DNA from: Bugula neritina
Taxonomy: Eukaryota > Animalia > Bryozoa
Length of the DNA stretch: 64,000 nt
Assembly (NCBI GenBank): GCA_964035545.1
Contig: OZ037769.1
Span: 5,685,929 to 5,749,928, forward strand
Direction: 5' to 3'
A program made the translations under genes and the position numbers. Below the pieces are notes generated by a model, which ran no database searches, was not told where the DNA came from, and saw nothing but the letters and a program-made list of their open reading frames with translations. The first letter of the stretch is position 1. Each line of letters begins with the position of its first letter. This document shows positions 50,346 to 63,010 of this stretch, piece after piece.

Positions 50346-52989
50346 AATCAAACCATTGACCTTGGCTCTAACCCTTAGAGCATGGTTGCCCATTACTAAT
50401 AATTATATTTTATTGCAAATAACATCATTAAAAATGTTGCTTACATTCTATAATAATTATAATAAATGAGTATATAAATTGTAGAATTTGCATTTACTTT
50501 TTGGTTTAACTAATATATACTTCAAATTATGTCAGCGTTTGCTATATAATACAATTCATTACTTATATATCCCATTTAACATTATGATTTACAAAATAGC
50601 TACAAAGTTCAAATAAATAGAAGACAGGGGAGTTTCAAAGCATAGTGTGGCACCAATAAACTGTTTCAGATGTGAGCAGGTAATAAAATGTATTAATGTG
50701 TGTGGTCAGGAGGTCACACACCTGCTAACAGGTGTGGGCAGGTACATGGAGATAATTTATGATCATACATTGCAAACCACACCTCACAGGGGTATATTGC
50801 ATACTGATATATAACTATATAACAGCTTACCACCAATGTATACAATAATGTTACAAGTAATGGGCATTTTAAATTCATTCAATAAATTAAAATCAACTCA
50901 AATTACATTTCTGATGATTAATAATGATTGAATTTGAAAATAAGACTTTTAAGCTATCGCTTTTACAAAGCTGTTGAACTGGCGGTTCAATGAAGTACAT
51001 TCTAACATCCTTAGCTATGTTAATAACAGAGAAGACTTTAGAGTAGAATAGTATAAAATATTATTATTGTTACACACTACTATGATAATCAATATTCAAT
51101 TAGCTGCAAAGGGGTGACAGAATGTCTGGGGACGTGTTGTTGCTATGGTTACAGGTTTTGTTGTTTAACGCTTTGGTATAAATAATAGTTAATAACAATA
51201 TTATGCAAAAAAGTAAAGGGACTGGTACATTATATACATTACATATATAAGTATAAGACTGATGTTACAAACGTAGTGATGTAGGATATTCATGCCATCT
51301 CCATTGAACTAATGATTTGTATTGCCTGCAGGAGGCATCTACGTCTGCTAGCGATATTTATTATGTAAAGTGAATAATTTCAAAGGATCTGAATGAGACA
51401 CCTAGACAACTGTCTGACTTGCCACTTGCTTGTCAAGTCTCACTGTTTTTATTGGTTGACATTTTCATTAGCATGAAAAGCGCCTAACAAAATGCCTAAC
51501 TTGTTAACACAATAAGATGCTTTTTATCAATATTTATGTTGTTTATACATCATTGACTGTCCTAATTACATTTCAGTTGTTTGCATCCTTCACTAAGTTG
51601 TTTACGGATTCCATGTTAAAGAGCAGGAAAGGGATTTGAATATGCCTTCTGGGTATTCTTCTATTTATTGACTTGGAGAACTAGTAATTATTCATTAATT
51701 TACTCTGCCAAGTCGATTTCTGTGAAAGAGAAACTTTCATACATCGGCTTGAGTTGGAACTTGAGATTTACTAGCATCACCATTAGTCAATAATATGAGT
51801 AAACACAAAGTCATGCTAGCTGCTGAAGACATCAAATGTGTGTCCAAGTAGTACTCATGTGATTTAGCTTATGATGTAATCTGCATCTATTTCCTCCAAA
51901 CTCAAAGTTCGTCCAGGGTACTATGTCGAACCGAACTGAGTTTGTGTAAATTGTTAGTCTCAATAAGATTTATATTACTAAGGACAACTAACTCAAAGCA
52001 ATGAGATATTCAAATACACAAAGTTACCACATACCTTAGAGAAAATGCAATCTACACAAAATTAAATGGCATAGATTTTCAAGAAAGGACCATTATCATA
52101 ATAATAAATTCAAAGGGAGGAATTTTTCTCCAAATATCTTCGAGACTAATTCCAAAGCATGCTCACGCATACATATGATATATAATACTCTAACAATACA
52201 GAAAAAAGCCGTCACATCAGAAAACTTCTAAGGATAAAATAATTGCAAAAACAAAACAATGTAAATAATCAAGGAAAAAGGATTGCATACATGCAGTATT
52301 GCAAAACAAAATTACTAATTGAAATGGGATTACATCCAAAGCAGTGATACTAGAAGTTGGTAATTCCTGGAGACGTGTAACTTTTAGGAGTGGAATGTTT
52401 ATGACCAAGAGTTTCCTTTACCAAAAACTCCTGCGTCATAAACATCTGGGAGAAGATAGGTGCTGGAGAGTGAGTCAGCACACAGTTGAAGAGTGAGAGT
52501 GGAACCAACATGTCAACTGTCACAACGCTATGAATCACTCCATACTTCAAACAACCAACAACTGAAATGCATTGCCAAAAAACTGACATTGCAATGAAAA
52601 CTTGAACAGCTTTTTGACGAAATTGAAATTACCATTTCGGTTCAGCTCCATTAGATGCATTTAAAAGAGAAGTTATATCAGAAATTTTATATTGTCTCGA
52701 TCTAAATAGGAAAAAATACAATGAGGCAGTCATCATATGATGATATATAGGCAGTGATCATATCATATGATCATATGAATTAGCAATGGAATAATGCAAA
52801 CAAACATTATGATAGTCCTACAGCCATACATATGATAGCTAGTTCTGGTGATTGTTGTAAAAGTGGGTGAGATGGGAACAGCCTAACTGGAGAAGATATC
52901 AGATAGTATATGAACTAACTAAATGCTGAGTCAATAGCTATTCTGCTGTGATTATACTTGAGCCAAAGTTGCTATTTGCTTATTGGTAT

Positions 52990-53190
52990 GGAATATAGAG
53001 TATAGACTATAGAATATAAAATATAGAGTATAGACTATAGTGTATAGGCTGCAGAGTATAGACTGTACAGTGCAGAGTATAGATTATAGACTATAGTATA
53101 AAGAGTATAGACTGCAAAGAATAGACTGTACAGTGTAGAATAGAGACTTATATAGAGTATTATAGACTATATTATAGTGTAAAGAGTAGT
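52990..53190. repeat. Degenerate AGAGTATAGACTAT-type minisatellite
   Basis: Multiple imperfect units. Confidence 0.8.
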
Positions 53191-53271
53191 TAAGTAAGAC
53201 TTGACGCATATCAGTGCATATATATGTATATCTTTTAGTGCAATGTAATTAGATTTCTTCCCCACACCTAC

Positions 53272-53416
53272 GTGTGCCCATGCTCCAATGACAGCTATTG
53301 TTCTTAATAACGCTGCTGGAAATACGATATAGAATTACGGGTGGTTTGAGTAGTAATGGTGACTGGTTCCGCCCTACTCCATTGACAACCCACCACTTAT
53401 TTTCTCCTTCCTCCAT
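53272..53416 (-). CDS. Candidate upstream coding exon of the SH2 adaptor (MEEGENKWWVVNGVGRNQSPLLLKPPVILYRISSS...)
   Basis: Open frame from an ATG to a phase-1 donor (C|GTAGGT) compatible with the 46973 acceptor. No domain support. Confidence 0.35.
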
Positions 53417-55968
53417 GCTGTAACCTAGATTAATAGGGTTAGTAGATGCATGTACATCACAAAAATCTTTTTTTTACTATAAGTTTAATTTCTACAATCA
53501 TAATACACTATATAGGTATTATTTTCCTATTATGAACTACATCAGTTTATTGATTTATCACTTTATTGACTTATATACTACTAAAGCTACTGTATGTCTT
53601 ATATTACTGACAGATTTATGCAAATTTATAGCAATTTAATAAGTGCAGATAAATTGAACGAAATTTGCATTACTGCATCCCTGGTCAGGTTAAAACGAAA
53701 TGTTATTGCAATATCAAAGGCAAAAGCTGGAAATTGACGTCAATGGTCCATTGTGAAAACAGCTTTAAGCTACTATAGTCGCAGGATATGCTAAAATTCA
53801 ACATTCAAACAGTAGCAATATTAAGTGTGTATCTGCAGTAGAATCATGGTTGCAATGAAGAGAGAATAATTAAAGTTTCACAACTAGCAATTTAAACTAA
53901 CCATGTTTTGTTTAGCTATCAGCTAATGATGTACTTATTACATAATATAAATACTTTAGCTTGTAATAACAACTCTGGCTATTATTTCAGTATTAATAGG
54001 TTACTTACTATATGAGTTGATATTCTGAATAACATAAAAGGCCTGTTATTAATATTTGAAAATTTCCCTTAGCCTTTTTTACAATTATATATCATGCTAA
54101 AGCACATGTTATTGCCAAATTAGGTGACACATTGGCAGACATTGTTTTTTATACATAATATTATAATTGAATTTATATACTGAAATTTTCTAAATATAAT
54201 TTATATCACAGTTAATTTTCTATGCTAGAGAGAATATTAAAGTTTTTGTTTGGAATAGTGCCAACTAGCCATGAACTCTGAACATAGTTCCCACTGGAGG
54301 AGAATAAGTGCTACTATTTGAGCTTAATATCGGCTACAGTGATGAGAAAACATCAATTTGTTCTACTCCCTAGGTTCTAGCCTGTATTACAGCACTGAAA
54401 GTTTATGATCTCGGCTAATAACAGTGAAGTATCTCCGTATAAGCAATATTGTTTACATGAGCAGAAAATCACGGCTCAATATCTATGCCTAATCTAAGAA
54501 CAAGTGCTACTCAAGTGCAACTTGTTGTGGTACTTGTTAAGTTCTCAATTGCAGCTATAAATAGTATGACCAACTCAGAAAAGTAATTCACACTCAAAAC
54601 TAGAAAGTAATGGTCTTGAGTTTTATTCATAGTTGAAATTATCTCCACACCCTAAGCTGCCAACAGTTTAAAATGCAAACAGTAAGCCTGACTAAACATG
54701 AACTTAATTTATTCTGAACTAAAATAATGCTGACAATGCAGTAGCACCAGTTTATAACTAGACATGAAAGAAAAAGAGATTGGCTCATTGCCAAAATCAG
54801 CAACAAGACTATGATATTTGCCATGTTTTATTAGACATACTGGCTACACTAATAGCTAATGGTATCTATTCTTAAAACACCACTCGTGCCAAATATAACA
54901 CTGCAATTATTACTCCTTCTTCTAATCAGTTACATCTTAAATGTCGCCTTTACACACAATACAAATGACATAATATGAGGTATATTTTTGTATGTAGATA
55001 GTCAAGCTCCAATAGAGAGTGTAATTGCTAGTACACCATCTCAAATGGCCAGTTTCGAATAGAATTTTAAACTACATTGCCAAACAGCTTTTGACTTGCC
55101 ATACAAATACAGTGCTAAGGGAACATAGTGGAAGTGAAAGAGGGGGGGTCCCTTAGAGTGCCCAACAACCAGGAGGGATGACAAGTCACAGACTATACAT
55201 ATGCAGATAGACAACTTCTTTCGAATACTATATGTGTAAATAACAAAGTGGTGCTAGATTTGTTATTCAGTATGCACTGTTTATAATAATAGATTTGATC
55301 TATTAATAGCTTAGAGTTTAACATTATAGTAATATTACACTACATTGTCTTCAGGATTGGGCCACCTATCACATGGCGAAATATCTTGTTTACTAACAAC
55401 CATATCATAAAATTTTCATTGCTCGTATTTCCGCTGCACGTGAGTGAACTTTCAACAGTTTACATCAATATTTCCTTCAACTTCAAAATATGATAAAATA
55501 ATTGGGTAAGCAAATGTCCAAATAAAAACTGACAAAGTCCCTAAAATTAGAAAACCTGTCACTCTGTCAACTTGACTTTAATGGGCTTAACACACAACCA
55601 CCCAACAACCAATCATTATGGTTGAAGCAATCAAATTTGATGTAATCCTTTACTGCCTGCAACAGTTCCTAGTTTGAATTGGCTGCTAGATTATGAAACC
55701 AGAAAAACAATTGTGTTGTTTACTTCCGCATCAGATGCTGTTTACCTCCCACCATTTTCTATTTTTAGAGTCAGGAGTAAAGTTTTAATCAGGGGTGTTG
55801 TGGGTGTCCATTTGGTACCAAAATATTGATAGCTTAAATGAACTAAACTCAACTTCCTATTTTAAAGTATGTAATCGGAAAATCTCGGTTTGCTAATTCA
55901 AAAGTGCCTAAATCTTTCATTGTTGACACCTTCAAGGTGTACCAACAGTCTTACTAGGTGAATTAGGA

Positions 55969-56123
55969 ATCGTTCTATAAGCAGCTCCGAGTTTGGGGTG
56001 ATTGAGTGCAGTAGTTTGGGGCTCTACAGTTAAGAGCTCCAACATAAGCCCCCAACTCCAAACTCGAGAGCCCTAAACTACTGCACTCAATCACCCCAAA
56101 CTCGGAGCTGCCTATAGAATAAT
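55969..56123. mobile_element. Hairpin MITE-like element, copy 2 (near-perfect ~50-bp inverted arms)
   Basis: TTCTATAAGCAGCTCCGAGTTTGGGGTGATTGAGTGCAGTAGTTTGGGGCTCT pairs with AGAGCCCTAAACTACTGCACTCAATCACCCCAAACTCGGAGCTGCCTATAGAA. Confidence 0.85.
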
Positions 56124-56886
56124 TTTTATATTAATACTGAGGACGTCACCAAGAATTAGTATTTGCCAGGGTTACAGACCAGTATAATATTACTTTGGGT
56201 GGAGGGGCATATTATTAAGTTCAAAAGCTGAGAGAGTGGTACGGTGAACATACTGGGGCTTTTCCAACTCCTTGCTCAACAGATGACATTACTCAGTACT
56301 GCTAGACAGTTTAAGTTCAAATGAGTGCGAGTTGAAAATATTATAGTCGCAAGTATAAGAAATAGAAACAAGGAAATTGATGAGTTTGTTTAACCAGTGT
56401 AACAATGCCACTGTTGCATAATAATTGGGATTCTAAACTAAAACATTGCAGTCCAGTGTAGCATTAAAATTCACCTTAACATAGAAATAAAGCTTTTACC
56501 AACGGAGTTCATTTACTCTTTGTCCTTGGGCACTCTGGTGCATGTAAACCTACTTTATTATTGATCTCAAACCTGCTATTACTACACCCAAACAATCGTA
56601 GTGAACTGAAAACTATCGGTTCTACTGCTTAAGAGGATGTGGAATAATCGTGGTGTTATTTTGTTTTCCATTTCGCTAGGGCAATGCGCAGGCAGCTGAA
56701 ATCAAAGCCTATATTTCCATTACACGCATGAGCGAATACCGAGGGCAATATTTATACTTAGCTAGCGATGCGTTATAATAACCGAGTTGAATGCATTCGC
56801 GCATCATTAAACATCTAGCTGTAGCGCTAAGCAGTCGTACCTTTCACCCACAGTCATTGATTACCCACAAGTTTTACACTGCACAG

Positions 56887-57005
56887 TATAAACGCCGCCC
56901 TCTGGGATAACATTATCATTTAAAAACTGAATTACTACGTACCAACAAGTTATCATTACAGCAAACAGCCGAGTATAACTTATTCAAGTCGAATCAATCA
57001 AATTG
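56887..57005 (+). promoter_or_regulatory. Putative TATA box and non-coding first exon of the 394-aa gene
   Basis: TATAAA at 56887 and TCATT Inr-like at ~56916, in locally CpG-rich sequence. Donor G|GTAAGT at 57005/6 and acceptor TTTTTTTGCAG ending 57566. Confidence 0.55.
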
Positions 57006-57602
57006 GTAAGTTTTCGATTTCAAGGTTTTCAATTCAGTAATTGTAAATGTAATACTAATTGTACAGTTTTTATACCTACATATTCAATTTCGTATTGGTC
57101 ATTTGACAATAATAACTAATTTTCAAATTATGCACAGTGCTGAGGCTTCAAAGAATATGGTGTCTATCTACTAAGGCAAAGTAAAGGTTCAATATTAGTG
57201 TTTTTAGTAAAACCTTACTCCAGCTTGTATATCACTCACTAATGATAAGTTATGCTATACTTATTGAACTAGAAGCCGCCATTTATTTTGATGAATTACA
57301 ATTTAGTTGTTCCACAGGAGCCACCCTCGTTATTAATAATTTGAATTATAATAGTTTCAAATATGGCTTAAGAGATCACAAACTTGCATTTAAGTAGAGC
57401 TTAACTACTGGGTGTTAACCTGAATCTGCGATAGGAAGACAGTATTAACTTTAACTGAAACCACATCCCCAAAAGTTTTCCCCACCCTCTGTACCCCTGT
57501 GTACCCTCTTTACAATACTAGATTTATAAGCCGAGGTGACATTTCTATGTAACAATTTTTTTGCAGATAGATTATATTCCCTGGAAATACCCAACTTAAG
57601 AG

Positions 57603-58787
57603 ATGCTAAAATGGGCGAAGACCAGTCAAAGAAGGGTATCAGATTGCAGTGATGCTCATCTGGAGACTTGTTCTAATCTCTCGTCAGACTCCTCCTCTGA
57701 ATCTGGGATTATTCTACCAATAAGATACCACGACAAGCGAGTAAGCCGTCCAAAGAGTTTGGCCCTATCCTCTACTGATGTGTTGGATATTGACCATGAA
57801 CAATCGACATTTGTGAGCCGTAGACCTCAAAGGACTGGTTCAACTCCTCTTTATTCCAGTTGCAGTAGAGCTAATCGCCATAGTATGATCGTAATCTCTA
57901 AGGAAGCGCCAGACCATTCCAGATTGCGACATCTTACAGCCGATGGCATACCAACTCATAACAACAACAACATCTTGAAAATCTCTACCAACCCCCAGGA
58001 GGGTAATGACAGTGTACTTAAAATCTCTACAGCAGATGGCGATAAACCTAAATCTAGAAACTCTTTTTGGAAGAATTTTCGAGCAAAAGCCCAAGGCAAG
58101 AAAACAGATAAAAAACTAGCCAAAGCTCATTCCATATCTAATTTACCAGCAATAAACAAAAGTGAAAGCACTCGCTCTAACTGTAGTGACATTGACACTG
58201 AAATAATGGCTGATCTTACCCCAACTCAACCTACTACTTCAGACGTTGAATCTTCATCTGTGATTTTAAGAAAAGCTCAGCGTCCTCTGGCTGAAGCCAC
58301 ATCGCCCACTAGAAATAACGTGACCAGAAGGCGAAGCTTCAAACTGCTACGGAAGCAGAATGAAAACAAAAAGCCAAAAGCTTTTTCAAAAAACACCTGT
58401 GAACCCTTGTCAATAACTCCTAATTTCGATGGCGAGTTTCTCCCAACTGAGTCACCAGACAGTGGAATAAGTAGTATACGACACCCTAGTAACACAGACT
58501 CAGACTATGAGGGTAGAAATAGCCCTGTATCACCCATTACTCCGATTGATTTAGGCTCTAACAACCCTAACTTAGTGGACCTGAAGCAGCAGTTCACTGA
58601 TGCCGTATTACAGTATTTAAACGAAAGGTTAGAGAAGAAAGGGTATAACAGCGTGGTGGACAGGACGTCGTCCTCATCCAGTATAATGTCAGATGATGGT
58701 GCGCCTGATATTTTCTGCTATGATACCGATACAGTGGCAAGAAGACCAGCTCACAGACCTAAACCTACAGTTGAACTGACACACTGA
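57603..58787 (+). CDS. Uncharacterised 394-aa Ser/Arg/Lys-rich, likely disordered protein (single coding exon)
   Basis: By far the longest ORF in AT-rich DNA, with an acceptor 36 nt before the ATG and AATAAA at ~59089. No globular domain recognised. Confidence 0.85.
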   Translation: MLKWAKTSQRRVSDCSDAHLETCSNLSSDSSSESGIILPIRYHDKRVSRPKSLALSSTDVLDIDHEQSTFVSRRPQRTGSTPLYSSCSRANRHSMIVISKEAPDHSRLRHLTADGIPTHNNNNILKISTNPQEGNDSVLKISTADGDKPKSRNSFWKNFRAKAQGKKTDKKLAKAHSISNLPAINKSESTRSNCSDIDTEIMADLTPTQPTTSDVESSSVILRKAQRPLAEATSPTRNNVTRRRSFKLLRKQNENKKPKAFSKNTCEPLSITPNFDGEFLPTESPDSGISSIRHPSNTDSDYEGRNSPVSPITPIDLGSNNPNLVDLKQQFTDAVLQYLNERLEKKGYNSVVDRTSSSSSIMSDDGAPDIFCYDTDTVARRPAHRPKPTVELTH

Positions 58788-61700
58788 CACCCCAGTTCTT
58801 CCAAATACCAAGCTTAGACATTCTTTATATTAATGAGTTTTGATGTTGACAATTTCCTTAATGATGTGGAAGTGCAGAGTGTTGTAATCGCCAGCATTTT
58901 ATTGAAAATTCTTCTCATTGACAATTTTAATTTATTAAAAACCTCATAGGTATTTAACGTAATGTATTTATGTAAATATTCTACCATTTTGAGAAAGGAG
59001 AAATGTACATTATGTAGTAATAGTAACTGTTAAAACGTTATTTATTAATTTGTGTTCACATATGGTATGAAGCAGTGTGCTCCACTGATAATAAAATACT
59101 GATTATACTGACTGAATCAATTTCTTCTTCAATTAGAGTAATTGTTGGCTAATTATTCATTCGACAGCTAATTGCACTGAGGCAGCCATGTGATATCATT
59201 GAGGGCAGCACATATAGCACTCCAGATGTTCCTTAACTTTACACAGCAATACATTTACAAGCTCAAGATGCACAACGTCTTGCACTGTAAACAAATTAAA
59301 TTAATTGTATCAATTAATACTATCCGTACACTCATTACTGAATGGATATTACAGTTTAGGTAGTCTTGGCTATAGGCCAATAGGATAATCAGACAAGGCA
59401 GCAACTTTTTATGGCAGCTTAGGAATGCAGCAAACATACTTATTTGCAAGGATAACCAGTTGAAACAACTGGTTTAGCAACTGTGAGTTTATAATAGAAT
59501 GATTGCGTCAGCATGAGGGAGAGGAGCCTTGATAAGGTAAAGTGTAAACAGACTAGGATGATAGATAACAGAGTTTAGCATACAATCTCAGTCAGTATGT
59601 CTAGTTGAAATTTTTTCTGCTACAAACTAATGAGATACCATCTTAGTAAAGTTGAGAGATGATTCATGATTCACTCAAATCTACAGGCAGATAATCATTT
59701 CCCTAAAGAGTATCAAATGGTCCCTCAATTACTTTCACTGGCACCACACTGATAGAGGAAGCGGTTTAGCTTTTAAAAAATTAACAGAGAATGAATAAAT
59801 ACAGGTGGACTGAAGATCAGCACCTGCATAGATTAGTGGCCAGGTAGATCGGAAGACCTTGTTAGATCACTCGGTCATTTGTACTCAATCCAATTACAGT
59901 TTATACTTTAGCTGGTTTCTCCACTAAATAGATGCATTCATTCATTTATATTTTCGGCAAATTAAAACAGACAGTAACAAAATTAATCATAAAATAGTTC
60001 CAAAACTATACTAAACAATATAATATAGCTAGCTACGTTACATTATACTATATGGTAACCTATACAATAACGAATATTGCACCTTACCACTACCAAGTGT
60101 ACTATACTCAGTAATCAACAACAAGGAAAACCTCACTGTACTCTTTTCTTGGATGCCTTCCACCATTGACTAATCTTACAACTAATATTTACAAGTTGTA
60201 TTCCTGCCATTTTGAAAATAGATACATGCTTAAATTCCAAAAAAAATTTTTCGGATAGTTTGTGTGTAAAACAGAAGAAGAATGCAAATGGAGCTCACAG
60301 AGAATTAAGAGTAGATTCTACATACAAAGTAAAAACCTTACAGGCATATATTGATACGCCAAGCTAATGAATGAATGAGAATGAATGATGTGAAATTGCA
60401 AGAACTTGGATTGAATAGAGATTGTACAGAAAGGAAGGAAGTAAGTTACAAACATTGGATTGAAGGAGCAAATGCTAACCAGTGTGTAGTATAAGCTGCT
60501 ACTAAAGAGGATGTTTATATGTATACCAACCCAGCAGTTGATTGCTCTGAGTCTATCACAGATTATAATGAAAAATATTGCTAGTCAGGCTGATTACAGA
60601 AAAACAAGTTTTATTTTCAGCCTTGTTTTTTTTAAGTTTTGACTTGGCCACCACTAATATTATTATGAAACCAGCAAAGAATGCATTGTGCAACTTCCAT
60701 AAGTAAGTTTGGACTAGGTGGGGGCCTGGATTGTTAGCTCTCTTAAGCTTAAAATACATCAACGCAATTACTATTTACAGCCAGTAATCCATCAAAGTAC
60801 TAGATTAGGCCTGGCTCAGCGATATTAATTAATATTGTGATTTGTGGTTCCCATGTTGATTAGTACAGAGTTGTTTACAGGGAACTCCGTAATACAGATG
60901 ATACAATAATACTACGTGATGGAACACAACTTTTCATTGTTTCTCAACCCAATCAATAGATGGTTAAACATATTAAGCACCTGCTATTCACACAACGTAC
61001 TCCTTATGCACAATGAGTTGTAACTGTATACCACACTCTTACGTAAGTTGAACATTGTTATGACTAAGAGGCTCAAAGAATCCTTAGTGCAAATATGAAT
61101 CAATACGGAAAATCTAATATAATATCGCTGCTTGAAGTGGAAGCTGCACTGCTATAATATTTGTCATCAAAATGAACATCAAAGAGTTTGTGATTATAAC
61201 TTTAGACAGCGTAGTTCAATGCTGACGCAAACAGCAGTCACTAAAATTATTTACGAGTGAATCTAGTTATGATTAAAAATGTTATTAGTTTACAGTATGG
61301 GAAGATTATTAGCAAATCCAGAACGTTATGAATTCATAAATTTGGAATTTAACATTTTTCCATCTTGGAACTATAAAAATTTTTACTGATCAAGGCAGGG
61401 CAGTTTAAGGAGTAAGCTATAGAACTTTACATGCGAGATGCTAGCAATGCAGGCTACACAACTTGAGAGGTTCACACAATCTTATGGGAATGATGAGAAA
61501 CAGGGGCACTTGACAAGCACTTGTCCTTAGCATGTCTATAAACACCAACCATCACTTGACAAACCCTTCAACCTGGGAGACAATTAATAGCTGGCAATTC
61601 GAGTTGCAAGCTTTGATACATGATAGTTACTAATAAACATACATCTCCGGAATATCAAGCTAGACCAATAATGTTTGTAGTTTGCGAGACTGATGTGGGT

Positions 61701-62672
61701 GCAGTAATAGAGAAACTGAGAAAAACCTGCATTGGAAACGAGAAATATCTTGAAGGAAATTATACTATCCGGGAAGAAAGTTTCACAAAATCAATTTAAA
61801 GAACTGAAAGTGTTAAAACTTCTCAGTTGCTGCACTGGAGAATTTGCAAGCAATACAATATTACTCACACGACTGTTACATTATTTAGCTATTATATATT
61901 TTGGTTGATAAGGTGGATTCTATGTTTCACCATGGATTCAATATTTTCATATATTTGGACAGGAAGCTGATTGTATTGTATATATACAGAATAGAACACT
62001 TATAATTACATCGTCCTTATGGTGACCCAGTCACATCCTTGGATTCATAGTTGAGTTTTCATATATAGCACATGGAAACCTATCTCTATGGCTATAAATA
62101 GACCATTATAGTTAGGTTAATGGATTTGTTTTAAAATATTATCAACTGAAAGTTCAACAACCAAACTATCAAGGGTAAAGGCTGAGGCTACCAATTTATT
62201 TCTAGTATTCACTGGTAAAGCTTTTATTTTGCCGTTAACCTAATCAATAAAGCAGAAAAACAGAATAAAATAAATCTATTTAAAATGACTTTAGGATAAA
62301 CTATAAAAGTCAAAGTACTAAATGATAATGTGATAGGTGGTATTTATATAGCTGAACATTAATTTGAATTATTTTAAGTCCATATCTGACAATTTTCAAA
62401 GTTAATTTGATAAGATTGACTAAAACCGTACCACAAAGTCTGGTGGATGATTAATGGTGAATGTGTTTTCAACATCTCAGACACATTTACAAGAGCATGG
62501 GTCTCGCCCTCACACCTTGCGAAGCTTCAGCTAGCTCATGCAACTGGAGCTAATTCAAAATCAGTTTTTATTTCTTTTATAAACTTTGGTTTAAGCTCGT
62601 TTGTCAATTTTAAACAAAGGCTTTGCCATCAAAACTCTGTTGACTACTCAATGATAATGAGATCCTATTTAG

Positions 62673-63010
62673 CTTGACAGTCTAGCACCAGTGACTTGAC
62701 AGTCTAGCACAGGTGACTTGACAGTCTAGCACAGGTGACTTGACAGTCTAGCACAGGTGACTTGACAGTCTAGCACAGGTGACTTGACAGTCTAGCACAG
62801 GTGACTTGACAGTCTAGCACAGGTGACTTGACAGTCTAGCACAGGTGACTTGACAGTCTAGCACAGGTGACTTGACAGTCTAGCACAGGTGACTTGACAG
62901 TCTATCACAAGTGAGTTGACAACCTACTACAGGTGACTTGACAGTTGAGCACTAGTGGTTTGACAGTATAGCACAGGTGACTTGACAGTCTGGCACTAGT
63001 GATTTGACAG
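62673..63010. repeat. 22-bp minisatellite (GTGACTTGACAGTCTAGCACAG), about 15 units
   Basis: Head-to-tail identical core units with degenerate edges and no spacers. Confidence 0.95.

Noticed and set aside
52217-52589. Minus-strand ORFs of 63-79 aa
   Set aside because: No recognisable motif or convincing splice sites.
62673-63010. CRISPR-like array
   Set aside because: Units are head-to-tail with no unique spacers, there are no cas genes, and the context is eukaryotic.
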